NCBI GenBank assembly: GCA_964635405.1
Contig: CAZWOH010000002.1
Span: forward strand, 1 to 43,076
Origin: an uncultured Planctomycetales bacterium
GTDB lineage: Bacteria; Omnitrophota; Gorgyraeia; Zapsychrales; JANLHA01
Length of the DNA stretch: 43,076 nt
Direction of reading: 5' to 3'
Each line of letters begins with the position of its first letter. The stretch's first letter is position 1. Under the pieces are notes generated by a model. The model searched no databases, had not been told where the DNA came from, and was given only the letters and a program-made list of their open reading frames with translations. Positions 1-12,400 of this stretch are shown piece after piece. The position numbers and the translations under genes are program-made.

Positions 1-473
1 CAAAGGCCAAGACGGACGCTGGCATCAACCGAGTGTTGAGATTTGAAGATAGACTATTAGGTTATGACTACGTTGGCATCATCAAGAACCTGCCTGACAT
101 GATCGTTCAGATCGTTTCCGTACCGTTTGACTACGTGATTGATTCCCGAGTGAAATTATGGAATGCAAAAGATAGCTTTGGGGCATGGGCAAAAGCCAAG
201 ACGGACGCTGGCATCAACCGAGTGTTGAGATTTGAAGATAGACTCTTAGGTTATGACTACGTTGGCATCATCAAGAACCTGCCTGACATGATCGTTCAGA
301 TCGTTTCCGTACCGTTTGACTACGTGATTGATTCCCGAGTGAAATTATGGAATGCGAAAGACAGCTTTGGGGTATGGGCAAAGGCCAAGACGGACGCTGG
401 CATCAACCGAGTGTTGAGATTTGAAGATAGACTTTTAGGTTATGACTACGTTGGAATCATCAAGAACCTGCCT
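1..473 (+). repeat. In-frame 189-bp (63-aa) tandem repeat, >=2.5 copies, probably continuing upstream of the window
   Basis: Units lie at nt 6-194, 195-383 and 384-473 (partial; it diverges after ctgcct at 473). Nt 1-5 (caaag) match the tail of a unit (gcaaag), so another copy probably lies upstream. Unit peptide: AKTDAGINRVLRFEDRLLGYDYVGIIKNLPDMIVQIVSVPFDYVIDSRVKLWNAKDSFG(A/V)WAK. Copies 1 and 2 differ at 5 of 189 nt (cta/ctc, gca/gcg, gat/gac, aaa/aag synonymous; gca/gta Ala/Val). Confidence 0.9.
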
Positions 474-3400
474 GTTGTGTTGCGGCTTACTCACAATGCG
501 ATTGTTGACGCTTTTGCTAGATTTTTTGTCTGGCTTGTCCTATTTGTACTCGCGCCGAAAGTTTTTCGTTTAAATAAATTCGATGATTTCATCGCTTTAG
601 TGAAAGCCGTATTTACAAATGTCCAAGGGGACAAAGCTGGAATTTTAAGAGCAATAAGAGTTCTCTACGCTTCTGGCGCTTATAAGAGATTTGGCCAAGG
701 CGAATTAGTTCCGCATTTAATCAAATTATTAGAAGATCATCAGGACAATGCAATTATTCATATTGTTGCTTTAACAAAGATGCATCGCAAGACCCGCTTC
801 GGAGCTTTGAAAGGGCTCTTTAGCAAACTACTTCCTTTAAGTCTTTCAGAAAAATTAAGTCAGACAAAAACAAGAATTATCGTCGATGTCCGCAACATTA
901 AAGGCATCGGCGGCGATCGTGATGAAGAAATTTTTATTAATTTATTGGCACTTTCCGCTAACTTAGGTTTACAGCCGGATCAAATTGAAGTTGTGGCAGA
1001 CAAAGAGCAAAAAGTTTGGCGCTTTAGAAATATTGTTTTGCAATTTAATGATGAAGTTGCCGCTGGCCCGCGCCGCGGGATTTTGTATCTTCCTGAAAAT
1101 CTTCTTTCCAGTCAGGATGTCCTGATTAAGTCTAAGATCACAGAACAAAGTGCTGGCTTAGAAGCTCATCCGGCGACGGCTCCGCCGTCCGACGTAAAAC
1201 ATGAACAAATGGCTGCTTCATCTTCCGTCGTTTTACAACCTGCATTTGCAAAAATTTTAGTCGGCGGTGCGATTGTTTTAATGCTTAGCTCGGGATGGTT
1301 TTTGAGCACATTCCCGGCTCTAGGTTCTTTATGGGTCGCATTAGGTTTTGGCGTTGTTAGTAGTCTTCTTTATCTTGTAAGCCGCAATTCACAATCTCCG
1401 ACGAACGTTGGAATTGCCGCTAAAGTTTTTGGCTTGATGGCCATCACGGTTTTGACGACGGCTGGTCTAAAATCAATCGCATCTATTGCTGGAGTAGGAT
1501 CATTGTTCTTAGGGCAAGCAGCGTTAGCTGTTTTTGCAGGTGCTAGCGTAATTGCGTTGAGTGCATGGGCTATTGGATTCTTTAGCAATACGATTAATGA
1601 AAAAGTTATCAAGAGTTTGCGAATTGTTTCCTATCTTGCGATGCTTTTTGCGATGGTGGCAACGGGGATTTTGATTTTAGGGACAGCTTTCCCGGCGGCG
1701 GAAGGAATCATCGAAGGGTCGATGCTTGAATTGATGATCAGGGTTATCGGCGGTCTCTTGTCATTAGCCATCGTGATTTCGATCTTTAAGGGCGCGTTAC
1801 GGTTGACAACCCAAAACGTGAAAGAATTAAATGTCTATCGTTTAACTAATGAAGAGTTAAATATCCGTTTGCGCTATTACGGTACGCTTTTAGGCAACGC
1901 TGGACTTATTCCGCAAGTGCAGGCGATCATCGATAATTCCGATTTGCAAAAGAAGAGAAACTTCTTAATCGATTTGATGCAACGCGATTTCCAAAACAGC
2001 ATTCGCGCTGTTCAGAGCAAACCGACGCGCTTTGTGCGTATCGAAGCTTTCCGTCAGTGGTTACGTGCAAATCGTATTGAGTTTGCCGAAGAATTTATTG
2101 GCGCCTTGCTCTCGACGCTTAATTTTATTTGGAATATCGCCGGCAAATTCCACTTCACGCAAAATAATTCTGGCATTATCCGCAACTCAATTTTATTTGT
2201 GGTCGCAGTTGGATTGAGTCTTATCCCAGCTTTCTTCTTGTTCCTCGGAGAATTAACGTATAACTTCTTTGCTCGTCATGCGGTGCGCACCTATGAATTT
2301 TTGCGTATGCAGGAAGTTCTCTTAAATGCCTCGCAGCCTACAAAATTGACTGCTCAACAAATCAATGCCGAAAACGCTCGTCGTATTCTTAATGCGCAAA
2401 TTGCGGATGCCAATGTCAACAATAATGGACGTTGGTTGAGAGTCAAACGTGAATGGTTTGCTTTCAGCTTGGCGCATCCGATTATGGCCAATGCTTTGAA
2501 TTTGTTCAAAGGCCGTCTTTTGATCTTTATCGTCGCGGAACCTTTGTCGACGATGGTTAAAGCTCTCGCGGTGGGCTTAAACGGTACAGCTTTAGGAATA
2601 GTTTTAATGCCAATTGTTTTCGCTTTGACTTTAATCTTTCACGTTATTAACGAAATTCTTTTAAGCGTCTTTGGTTTGATCGGTGGAGCTTTGGGAGCAT
2701 TCCTTGTGAGCACAATGCTTTCTCATCGCGCTGATAGCATCGCGCGGGTTTTCCTCATGAGCTTTATATTGTCGTTTATTAGTACAGTCAGAACGATCGT
2801 CCACGCTTTTATGGAATATCGTTATGCCGGCCTCGTTGAAAAGAATAAATTAACAGGATTTAAAGATCAAAAAGGTCGTCCCGTCGCGTCGATTGAACAG
2901 ATTGCTTTAGCCCGCATGATTGAGAATCCAAAAGATTTAGAGAGCTGGATGAATGATGCGGCTGTGCGTCAACAGTTCCTTTCCGGATATCTTTATGCCC
3001 AAGATAGCAGTTTAGCCCGCATGGTTATCGGAAATAATCGTTGGTCAGCGCGAGTCAAGATTTATCTTAGCGAAGGCCGTGGTCGAATTTTGGTCTTTGC
3101 TTTGGCTATTCCTGCGGCGATTTTTATTTATCTTTTAAATACCTTTATTCCGTTTAATTGGATTCATAAAGCTACTGGCAAGCTTTTTGGGACAACAGGT
3201 GCTGGTTACGAAAGAATTGATACGCTTTATCAGCAATTAGGTAATCTGAAACTTGCATTTTGGTCAGGTGTCGTCGGTATGATGACGATCAATGCGGAAA
3301 TCGAAGGCGCGCTTCATTTTGCTGATAAGATCGGCGGGACACCGGGTCAAGTGATCACTTCTTGGGAACGCGATGTTCTTAATATGGGACATGCGTTTAT

Positions 3401-6400
3401 GGGTAATAATTCTCAGGAAGGGCTTTATGGACTTATAACGGCCGGCAATAAATTTATTTATGGCCCCGATGGTTTGGAAGTTGGACCTGCAGTGGTGACC
3501 AATGCCATTTATCGTCAGGCGGGTGTCAATACACAAGAGGCAAATGCAGCGCTTTATTATCAGGCTTACCGCGAAGGCCGTATTTCCAGCTTGCCTCCGA
3601 TTGCTTGGACTTTGGCTAAGGATATGGAAAAAAGAACGCATGCGACATTAACGCAAGAACAATTTGCGCGTGTGCTTATTTCTGCCGGCCTTATCGCTGA
3701 TACACGAGATGCCAATGCTAAGGGTAAGGCGCTAAGTCAAGAAGTGCGCGATTTGATTGATCCACATGTGGTTGATTTGATTGAGACAAAGTACCTTAAT
3801 AATGTCAGCAATCTATTTGAGAGAATTAAGATTGCTATTGGTATTCCAGGGCAAGTAGCTGACGGTGATTTGCTTGCTTCTGCGCAAAAATATAGCCAAG
3901 AAAACGATAAGCCGGTTGTGACCCTGCAGCTTTTCCCCAAGCAAGAGTCTGATGTTCGACAAGGAACCTATTTAGTTGTACGAAATGATAAAGAACAAGA
4001 AGTTTTAGTTGTTTCTGCGAATCGCCATGATCCACTTGGCGTTGTTCCTGCCGCGGGGATTATCGATCAAAATAAGGGTAAAGTTTTCACGGCATTTTTA
4101 GTGATTGATTCAAAGGATTTAGTGTCTGCTTTGATGGCTAAGAATCTCGCAGAAACACCGTTAGCTCAAAGTTTATCGGATATGTACCAGCGTGTTGCCG
4201 AAAAAATGGGCTTTAAGCCCGGCGAGGCTATCATTATGTTGCCGCAGCATGTCGGGTTTGAAAAATTTGCCCAAGCGCTTCAAGGCGAGAAGACAATTGA
4301 AGTCAAAGACAAGGAAGAACTTGAGCCTAAAGAGAAAATTAAACCCGGCGAAGAAGTTAAAAACGGGGAAAAAGAGACTCCAGCGATTGAAAAATCGTTT
4401 AGCCTTAACGATATTATTAAGGGGAATAAATTTGATTCCTGGAGAAGCGTTTATTTAAATATTGACGCTTTTGAAGTGATAAGAATGACATTAGGAAACC
4501 TTGGATTGCCGTTGCGCAATAATACATGGGAAGAATTCCAACGTACTATTTCCGTTTTTGATACAGATAAATCGCTTTCTTTTAAAGAAACTCTTGGAAA
4601 AATAATTAAGTTGGATTCGGACCGCATCGATAGCGAAAAACAAATCGCGAAGTTTAAGGATGTTGACAACAATCAATATGCCAAGAAGTTGTTTGAGCAG
4701 AAGAATCTTCAATATCAGTTGCAGGACGCGAGAGATTTAGCGATTGCGGCAGAAACCAGCAGTTGGGAGAGATTTGTTTTGTGGGTAGGGGAGCTCTTTA
4801 ATACAGCAGAGAGCCAGTTTAGAAATGAATTAAAGAATACTCAAAAAACAATAATAAATCTTGAGCGCACACAAGATGCTCTAAAGATAGCTCTTGCTGC
4901 TAATGTTTCCGTCGAAAATATTCGTAATCTGGGTGCTGAGCATTCTTGGTTTGTTGCGCAAGTTGAGGGCATTAATGTTCTTGAGCCTGCTGGCTATCAA
5001 AGACTTAAATCTACTTTGACTCAACGAACTATCCGAGGGAGCATCTTTATTTTAGATATTGATGAAGATGCCCGGGCAAGCATTATAACGTTGTTAAGCC
5101 ATCAAAACACCGTTGACGATAATTTGTACGCCTTGTTGGATCCTTCAAAGAAGACTGCTGCTAAACCTGCACTTTTAAATGGCTTGCGCTTAGCCATGGT
5201 AAATGCTGCTCAGCAAGAAGAAAAATTATGGAATAGTAATTCATCATTAGCTACGACCATAGCAAAACAAAAAATGCTTGCGGCGAGTGTTAACGCGAAT
5301 GCGATGAGTGTTCATGATTATTTTAATGCTTTGACAAAGAATTCCGATCTTCCGGCTGAGAAATTTGTCGATATGAAAAAGACGGCTTTAGAAAGAATCA
5401 GCAAGACGATAAAAGAACTTAACCTTTCTTCTCAGATGCAGATTGAAGAAACTACTTTTGTTTTAGCTGATATTTATACGAAATTATCTAAGGAATATCA
5501 GAAAAATTTGATGGTCCTTCAAAGCAGTAAAGAAGCTTTATTAAATAGTAATAATGACGAAGAGAAGAAAAATCTGCAGGCCCGCATAACGGGTACGCAC
5601 CAACAATTAGATACAATCGCGCAAGACTTAAAGTTGTTAAATAAATTTAAGAATGAATTAGCCAAGACAAATGTTTATGTTGCAGAAGATATTCTTGGTG
5701 CGCAAGAATTGTACGAATCGGTTGCACAACCGGCCTTGACTGTTTTACTCGATTATGATGCTGGGAAAGTTAGCTTTGCGGATGTCCGCTCAGTATTCTC
5801 AGTGATCAATGCGAAAATCGAATTATTAAATATTAAACATGAAATATTTATTACTAGAAATAAGATCGACAATTTGGAAAAAACGCCAAGCCTCGAGGAA
5901 GCAAATGTTCAAAATCCGAGTTTGTCTAACGCTCGCAATGAAGTTAGAAAGGCAGAAGCTGATGTGGCACGTACACATCTTGCCTGGTTGGAGGCGATAG
6001 TAGCTCAAACAAGTCATGGAAATATCGCTGACCAAAAAGAGCAATCTGCTCGCGTCTCTGATCCAAAAGCAGAAAAATTGTCAGCAGCTCCTTCGTCCCG
6101 CGCTGATGGGGCTGACAGTGCTTATTATGGTGTTGTTAACAGTAATGGTGAGCTTAAAGAAGCAGCAAAAATATTAAAAGACGTCTGGGCTGGCAAGGAC
6201 TCAGAACTTTTGGTTCGCGGCTTAACGTATTCAAAGGTTGTCGGGTCAGATTACAGGAACGGGTTTGATTGGGACAAAAATATTGGCGATATCCAAAAGT
6301 TAAAAGATATGGGTGTTAAAACGATTCGGACGTATTATCCGATCACCTCCGAGCGTTTTCTCAATGAATTAGCCAATCAGGGCATCAAGGCGATTATCGG

Positions 6401-9400
6401 CATTCCTAATTATGATGATCGTTATAATCCAGGCCCGGACATTAGCCGCGGCGGATATAAACATTATATTGAGAAATATAAAAATCATCCTGCAGTTTTA
6501 ATGTGGGAATTTGGGAATGAATACAATTACCATCCGCAATGGTTTAATGGGAATGTTGATCAATGGTATTCCATTTTGGAAAATGCCGCTGGTAATGCAA
6601 AACGCATTGATCCGATGCACAAAGTTTCGACAGCCCACGGTGAAGTTCCTTTAGCTGGTGTTTTACGTCAGGTTCCGTCGGTCGATGTTTGGGGGCTTAA
6701 TGTTTATCGTCCAAATGTTTCGGATGTATTCAGCGATTGGAAAAAAGCGGTTACAGAATCTGCAGCGCGCAAAGACCTGCAATTCTATTTTTCTGAAACA
6801 GGGGTTGATTCATTTGATTGGGCTGAAAGAAAAGAAGATCAGGGTAAGCAAGCTCGTCACATGAAAAATATTTGGAATCAGGTGCAGATGCAAGCTAAGA
6901 CTCAGCCTGGTGTTTTCTTAGGGGTAACATTTATGACTTTTGCGGATGAAAGTTATAAATCGGAAAAATCAGATGACAAAACTGCTTTAGAAAAAACCTC
7001 TTTGTCAGCAAACCGCAACGGACAAAGCAATCGTGAAGATGCGAATTTGGTTATTGCGCAAGAAGCGGTTAGAAATGCGCAGGCGGATGTTGTTCGTGCG
7101 CAGCAGACCAACAAGCAAATAATTCAAGCCCTAGCTGCATTAGAACAAGCTCAAAAACAAGTTCTATTGATTTATCAAAAACGGTTGGATTTAGTAACTG
7201 CTGTCGAAAAGGCACAGAAAGAAGTCCAATTGGCGTTTAACAATGGTGATTTAGCCGCCTACACGAAAGCCACTTTGACGCTCGCTATAAGCGCATATCA
7301 AGCTGGTTTTAGCAATGATCGCGATAAAGCCAATTTGCGTAAGCTACTTATTGAAGGAAGTATTCTTCCGATACTTAACGCACCGATGGTCATTATTGAG
7401 CAGCAGGACATTAAAGCGCTTAGAACGCAATTGCGTGATCAGTTAACTGAGCTTCTTCCGCGTTTATCAATTGACACTTTAATTAAACTTCAGAAAGCAC
7501 GTTCGAGTGAAGATATTCTCAAAGTCGTGATGCACGATTATTCTGGGCTTGATACGGCGACCAAACGGCTGATCGATGAAATTAATACCGTCTTTTATCG
7601 TCTCGAGGGCCGCAATAATATCGGGAATTCTGCTCCGCTTGATCGCAATGAAGCGCTTTTCTTGCCCGGACAAGGCGGAACATTTAGTGAATTAGACAAG
7701 CCGATTATTCCTTTGATTAATGGCGTTATAAAGAGCCGTTTCCCCGATGTTAATGTTCATGATTGGTGGACGAGATTTGCGATTGTCCAAATTCATATTG
7801 AAAGCAATGGTAATGCGTCAGCGGTCAGTTCAGCCAAAGCTCGCGGATTGACTCAGGTTACCGAACCAACATGGAATCGGACAGTGGATTACATGGTTGC
7901 TCAAGGAATTATTCCTAACCGTAATGGCTGGTCATTTGCTGATAATGCCGATAATCCGGTTAAGAATTATATGGTTGGGCATTCGTATCTTGCCATTATT
8001 ATTAAGGAAATTGATCGTAAGTTTGCTGGTAAAGTTTTGACCTTAAGTGAATTTACGAATGCCGTTTCAGCTGCTTACAATGCGGGCGAAAATTATAGCG
8101 CCGCTTTCTATTTAAAACCGACGATTGATGAAACTGTTAAATATGTAGCCAAGGCGGCACATCTTTTAAAACACATGACAACGGATGAAAACGGTCGTAT
8201 CGTTTCTCTGGATGAGGCGGGACGAAAGGTCTTTTTCACTCGAACACTGGCTGCTTTGCGGATCAAATCTGACAGCATTAATAATAAAGATTTTGATCAG
8301 CTTGCCGCCAAGTTCGACGGAACAACCCTTTCTACAGAAGATTCCAGCAATTATAAAATTAAGCCGCAAAGCAGCGATATCGGCCCGCTGCTCGAGATGA
8401 TCGTTCCGCAAAAGTCTGCGGTACGCGCAATCTTAAGCGGTATTGTTACTCAAGTTGCGACTACTCCTTATGGCCAGTATGTCAAAATTTCTTCGATGAT
8501 CAACGGACATCGCGTTGAGCAAATCTTTGCTTATATGGGTGGTGCTTTGAAAGCCGAAAAGGCCTTAGGCCAAGAAGTTAAGGCGGGTGCTTTAATTGGC
8601 ATGTCTGGTTTGCAACAAGGTGCTAATCGTTATCTTTTTGCCCTCAAGATCGACGGCAAAGCGGTTGATGTGATGAGCGTTAATGAAAAAGAAGACGGTT
8701 CTCTAAAAACGATTCGCACGATGGTCGCTAAAGCTGTGCAAGACAATTTTAACGCGCTTACCGGTCGCGCCACGATCAAAGTTATGACACCAGAAGAACG
8801 CGAAGACGCGATGAAAGAAGATTTGGCTAAGATACGTCAAGATGCAGAAGACAGGATGGCTGCTTTAGATTTATTGCGTAATCGCAATGATGCGGAGCGT
8901 CAAGAAGTAGCGCGCAGGAACGCTGCCGTGGATATGGTGCGCGCTATTGCGAATACTGCCCGAACTCATCCCGAAACGGCTTTACATGACATGGTCGAAG
9001 AATTAGCAAAACTTGATGCAACAAGCAATGGAAGACTAGGACACGGTGTTAGTATTCAACTGAGATTTAATCCGGCCGCTCTTGGCTTAAATGTTGGAAT
9101 TGGCCGGCAGGCTGTTTGGGGTGGATTGAATTTATCGCTTGTCGGTACCGGTGAATTCTTTACGCTGGCAGAAGTTGTCATGCAGACAAAGAGTCTTTTA
9201 GGTCCTCCTGCCCCGGGTGTTTCCTCTGCGCAGAGAACGCTTGGCATCTTGTTCTATGTGGATGCCTTAATGAGTGTTTACAATTCATTGGTGGAACGTT
9301 CGCTTAACTTAGAAGAATATGGCGGGATCGGAATGGATCAGGGCACCAATCCGCTCTTTGGACGCACCAAGATTATTGTCAGCCCAGAAATCAAAGGCAA

Positions 9401-12400
9401 TGAATATCAGATCACGAAGTCGGGCAGTGTTTTCATGCTCACGCTAACTGAACTTTACAAAGATTTTATCAAGCTCACCTTTGGCCAGATTCCGGGTGTT
9501 GGCGTGCTCTTTGGTGGCGATCAAGCGCCGCGCGTTCTGACGAAGACCAAAATGGACGCTTATTATCAGCCCGGTCAGCGCGAAATGAGATTTATGCTCG
9601 ATGCTTATAGTAATGATAAGAGTGATGTTCAGTTTGTTTCGTATCGCTGGAAGGCCGACGATAAGGGCTTCCCAGTTCCTTTACTCGATGGTCAGAAGCA
9701 AGAATGGTTTGTTACCTTGTATAAACGCTGGAAAGATGATTCCGGAAATATCCATCGTGAGGAGTATGGGACATTTATTCGTTTCTTAACTTTACCCGGT
9801 GAGAAAAAAGCGGTTACGGACGATTTCTTCGCGCTTCCGGCGAATCATGGTTATAAAATGGAGCCGGGACAAGAATATGTCTTTCCGTCGATGGCCTCTT
9901 TGCAAAGCATGCAGGATATGTATGATGTGCGCCGCGGTGTGGACAGCCAGACCGGCGAGGTAATTTTGGCTGGCGCATTTGATTACACAGGAAAGCTTAT
10001 TCGCAAATACTATAAAGCGGACGGTTTGCCCCAGACTTTACCGGGGAGCGGTTATGAAAAAGACGGCTTAACAACTTATTTCGGTCGCGCGATCGTTAAA
10101 AATATTCCTTATTTACCGGTGTTGACCAATGGTAAAGATAGAGAAGGAAAATATATTCATCCTATCGTGATATTTAGTCAAGAAGCGGCTAGACAGGCTT
10201 ATTGGCTTCATACTCAAGAACAGGATCCGAATGTGACGGCTCATATTGTGACCAATCGCGGACGCAGTATTCCGGTTACCGGTGATATTAGTAAGGTTGA
10301 GCAGGAAGTATTGCAATGGGAGTATGACAAAAATGGATTGGCCATTAAGCCGGATGTTACTTTTGAGCGTCTTAAGATTTTTGAACAGACCACCAAATCC
10401 GTCGTCAATGATCGTGGCAATAAGATCGGATTTAATTCAGAAGATTTCACCGTCAAAACCGCCGAAACGACACTTAAAGATATTAGCAGATTGAGCAAAC
10501 AGCCTATTGCTGCTGACATTTTGATTTCGGATCCGATGCTTACAATGAAGCAGCCGGTGCAGATTTATCAATTTAATGGTCAGCGGATTTTGGTGGTCAA
10601 TACCGATTTATTAAAAGAACAGGTTAAAGAAGCTCAAGTGCTTAATGATGTTCAATTAGATATTGCGGTTAGCAATATTAGTTCTTTGGCTGTCGATCGC
10701 AGTGCTTTTGAAGCGGCTGTTGTGCAGCAAAGCAGTACGCGTTTAGAACGCACGATGACGATGCCTCAGGGCATCAAACTTGTTAAAGATTCGCGTTTGC
10801 AGGCAGGAGAGTATGGTATTCTCGTCGAGAATACATCACAGAAACCGATTTTCATAGCCCATTTACCGGGACGTTCAGTATATATCTATACCATGGAAGA
10901 GTATCGCAAATTAGTCACGACCCTGCAGAAGCCCGGGCAAGACATTACGCTTGTTTGGAAGAATAAGGCTGGCGAGGTGGTCGGTAAACTTGAAATCGCT
11001 TCGTATGCGGGTAAACAACCGACCACTTTGATCGTCGACGGTATGGGGCTTCGTCCCGGTGAGATCGGCGTTGGGGAGTATGGCGCGAACTTCCCCGATA
11101 TTGCTAAGAAGATTAAAGAATCCGACGCATGGGCAGCCGTTGAATCACCCAATGGAGAGATTAAAGTTATTACTGATCCTAAGGATCTTCCGTCGACAGA
11201 AAACAAAATAGTGACGATTACGCCTAAAGAAGGCCCGGCTCCTGCAACTGTTGGCACAGATCATATCGCTTCCCAACAAAAGAATTTGCCTGCTGTGCTC
11301 AAACAACCGGATAATAGTACCAAGGTCGTCGGGGTTTTTGATCTTGGAAAGAAAGAAGACGGTAATCGTAAGGGCATAGGTGTTTCTATAAAATCTGGTT
11401 TGCCTAATCCTGAATTACGCAATGGCCAGCCAATGTATAACGATTTTGAAGCGATGAAACCGGAAGCTGGCGGATTAGAAGCAACGGAACTTAGCTATGA
11501 AATTTCTGTAGCAGTTTATCGAATCATTAGGACTGTCGACCAGAATGGCGATAGGGTTACGATCGGAGAAAAACTCATTGAGCATATGAACAAAGTCTTT
11601 AGCCAGCCGGGCGCGGCTGGCGTTGGCTTCTTCTTTGGCGGAAATCTGCCAGTAGCTTTGAGTCAAAAAGACTTTTCGTACGCTCAAGAAATACAATTTA
11701 TCGCGCCGGAAGTTTTGCGTGCCGCGGGCATCAGATACGACGGCAAAGGGTATTTGATTCGTGTTGAGCAAAACGGAAAAGAATTTACGCGCACCTTGCC
11801 CGGCAATGCCATGGTGATCTTGCCGCAAGATTTCAAACTTTTGGAAACGAATGTGGAAAGCCGCTATCCGGTTATTGTGCAGGCTAATGAGAAAACGATT
11901 GGAGAGAATTTAGTTTTCAATAATGGTGTTGGTGCTTTGCGCGCTCGCGGCGTAGGTTCTATCCCGTTGACCCGCGAAATGCTTAAAATGTTTACGGATA
12001 ATAATCCTTACAATGGCACGCTCTTACCGATTCCGACGTACACGTTTAATGAAAAGACCGGCGAAATGAACCAGAAGATGGTCGTCGTCAACTTCAAGGT
12101 TAACGGCGTTGATGTCAGTGGGGCTATGTTGGACTTAGGACGCGAAGGAATTGCTTATATGAAACAGTTGACTAAGACGACCTTTACATTGCCGCTCAAA
12201 GAAGGCAATGCGACTTTGGGGATGGAAGAATTAAATCGTCGAGCGTCGGAGTTTGGCGTCGAGTGGACTAAGGATAATCGTTTGTTAAGCATTCTTTCAA
12301 TGCCTGCCGAAAAAGCTAATCCTCAAGCACAAAGCTTTATTGATCTTGGTGGACGCAATCGTGTGGCTATTGGTCTTTCCGATGATTTTAAGACGATAGC

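Noticed and set aside
1-473. The 189-bp tandem repeat as a CRISPR array or non-coding minisatellite
   Set aside because: There are no unique spacers between units. The unit length is a multiple of 3, the units are in frame with the giant ORF, and inter-copy differences are mostly synonymous. It is therefore a coding repeat.
8395-8690. The M23/LytM module as an active metallo-endopeptidase
   Set aside because: The HxxxD and HxH zinc-ligand motifs are not present (RYLFAL replaces HLHFE), so I call it a degenerate LytM domain instead.
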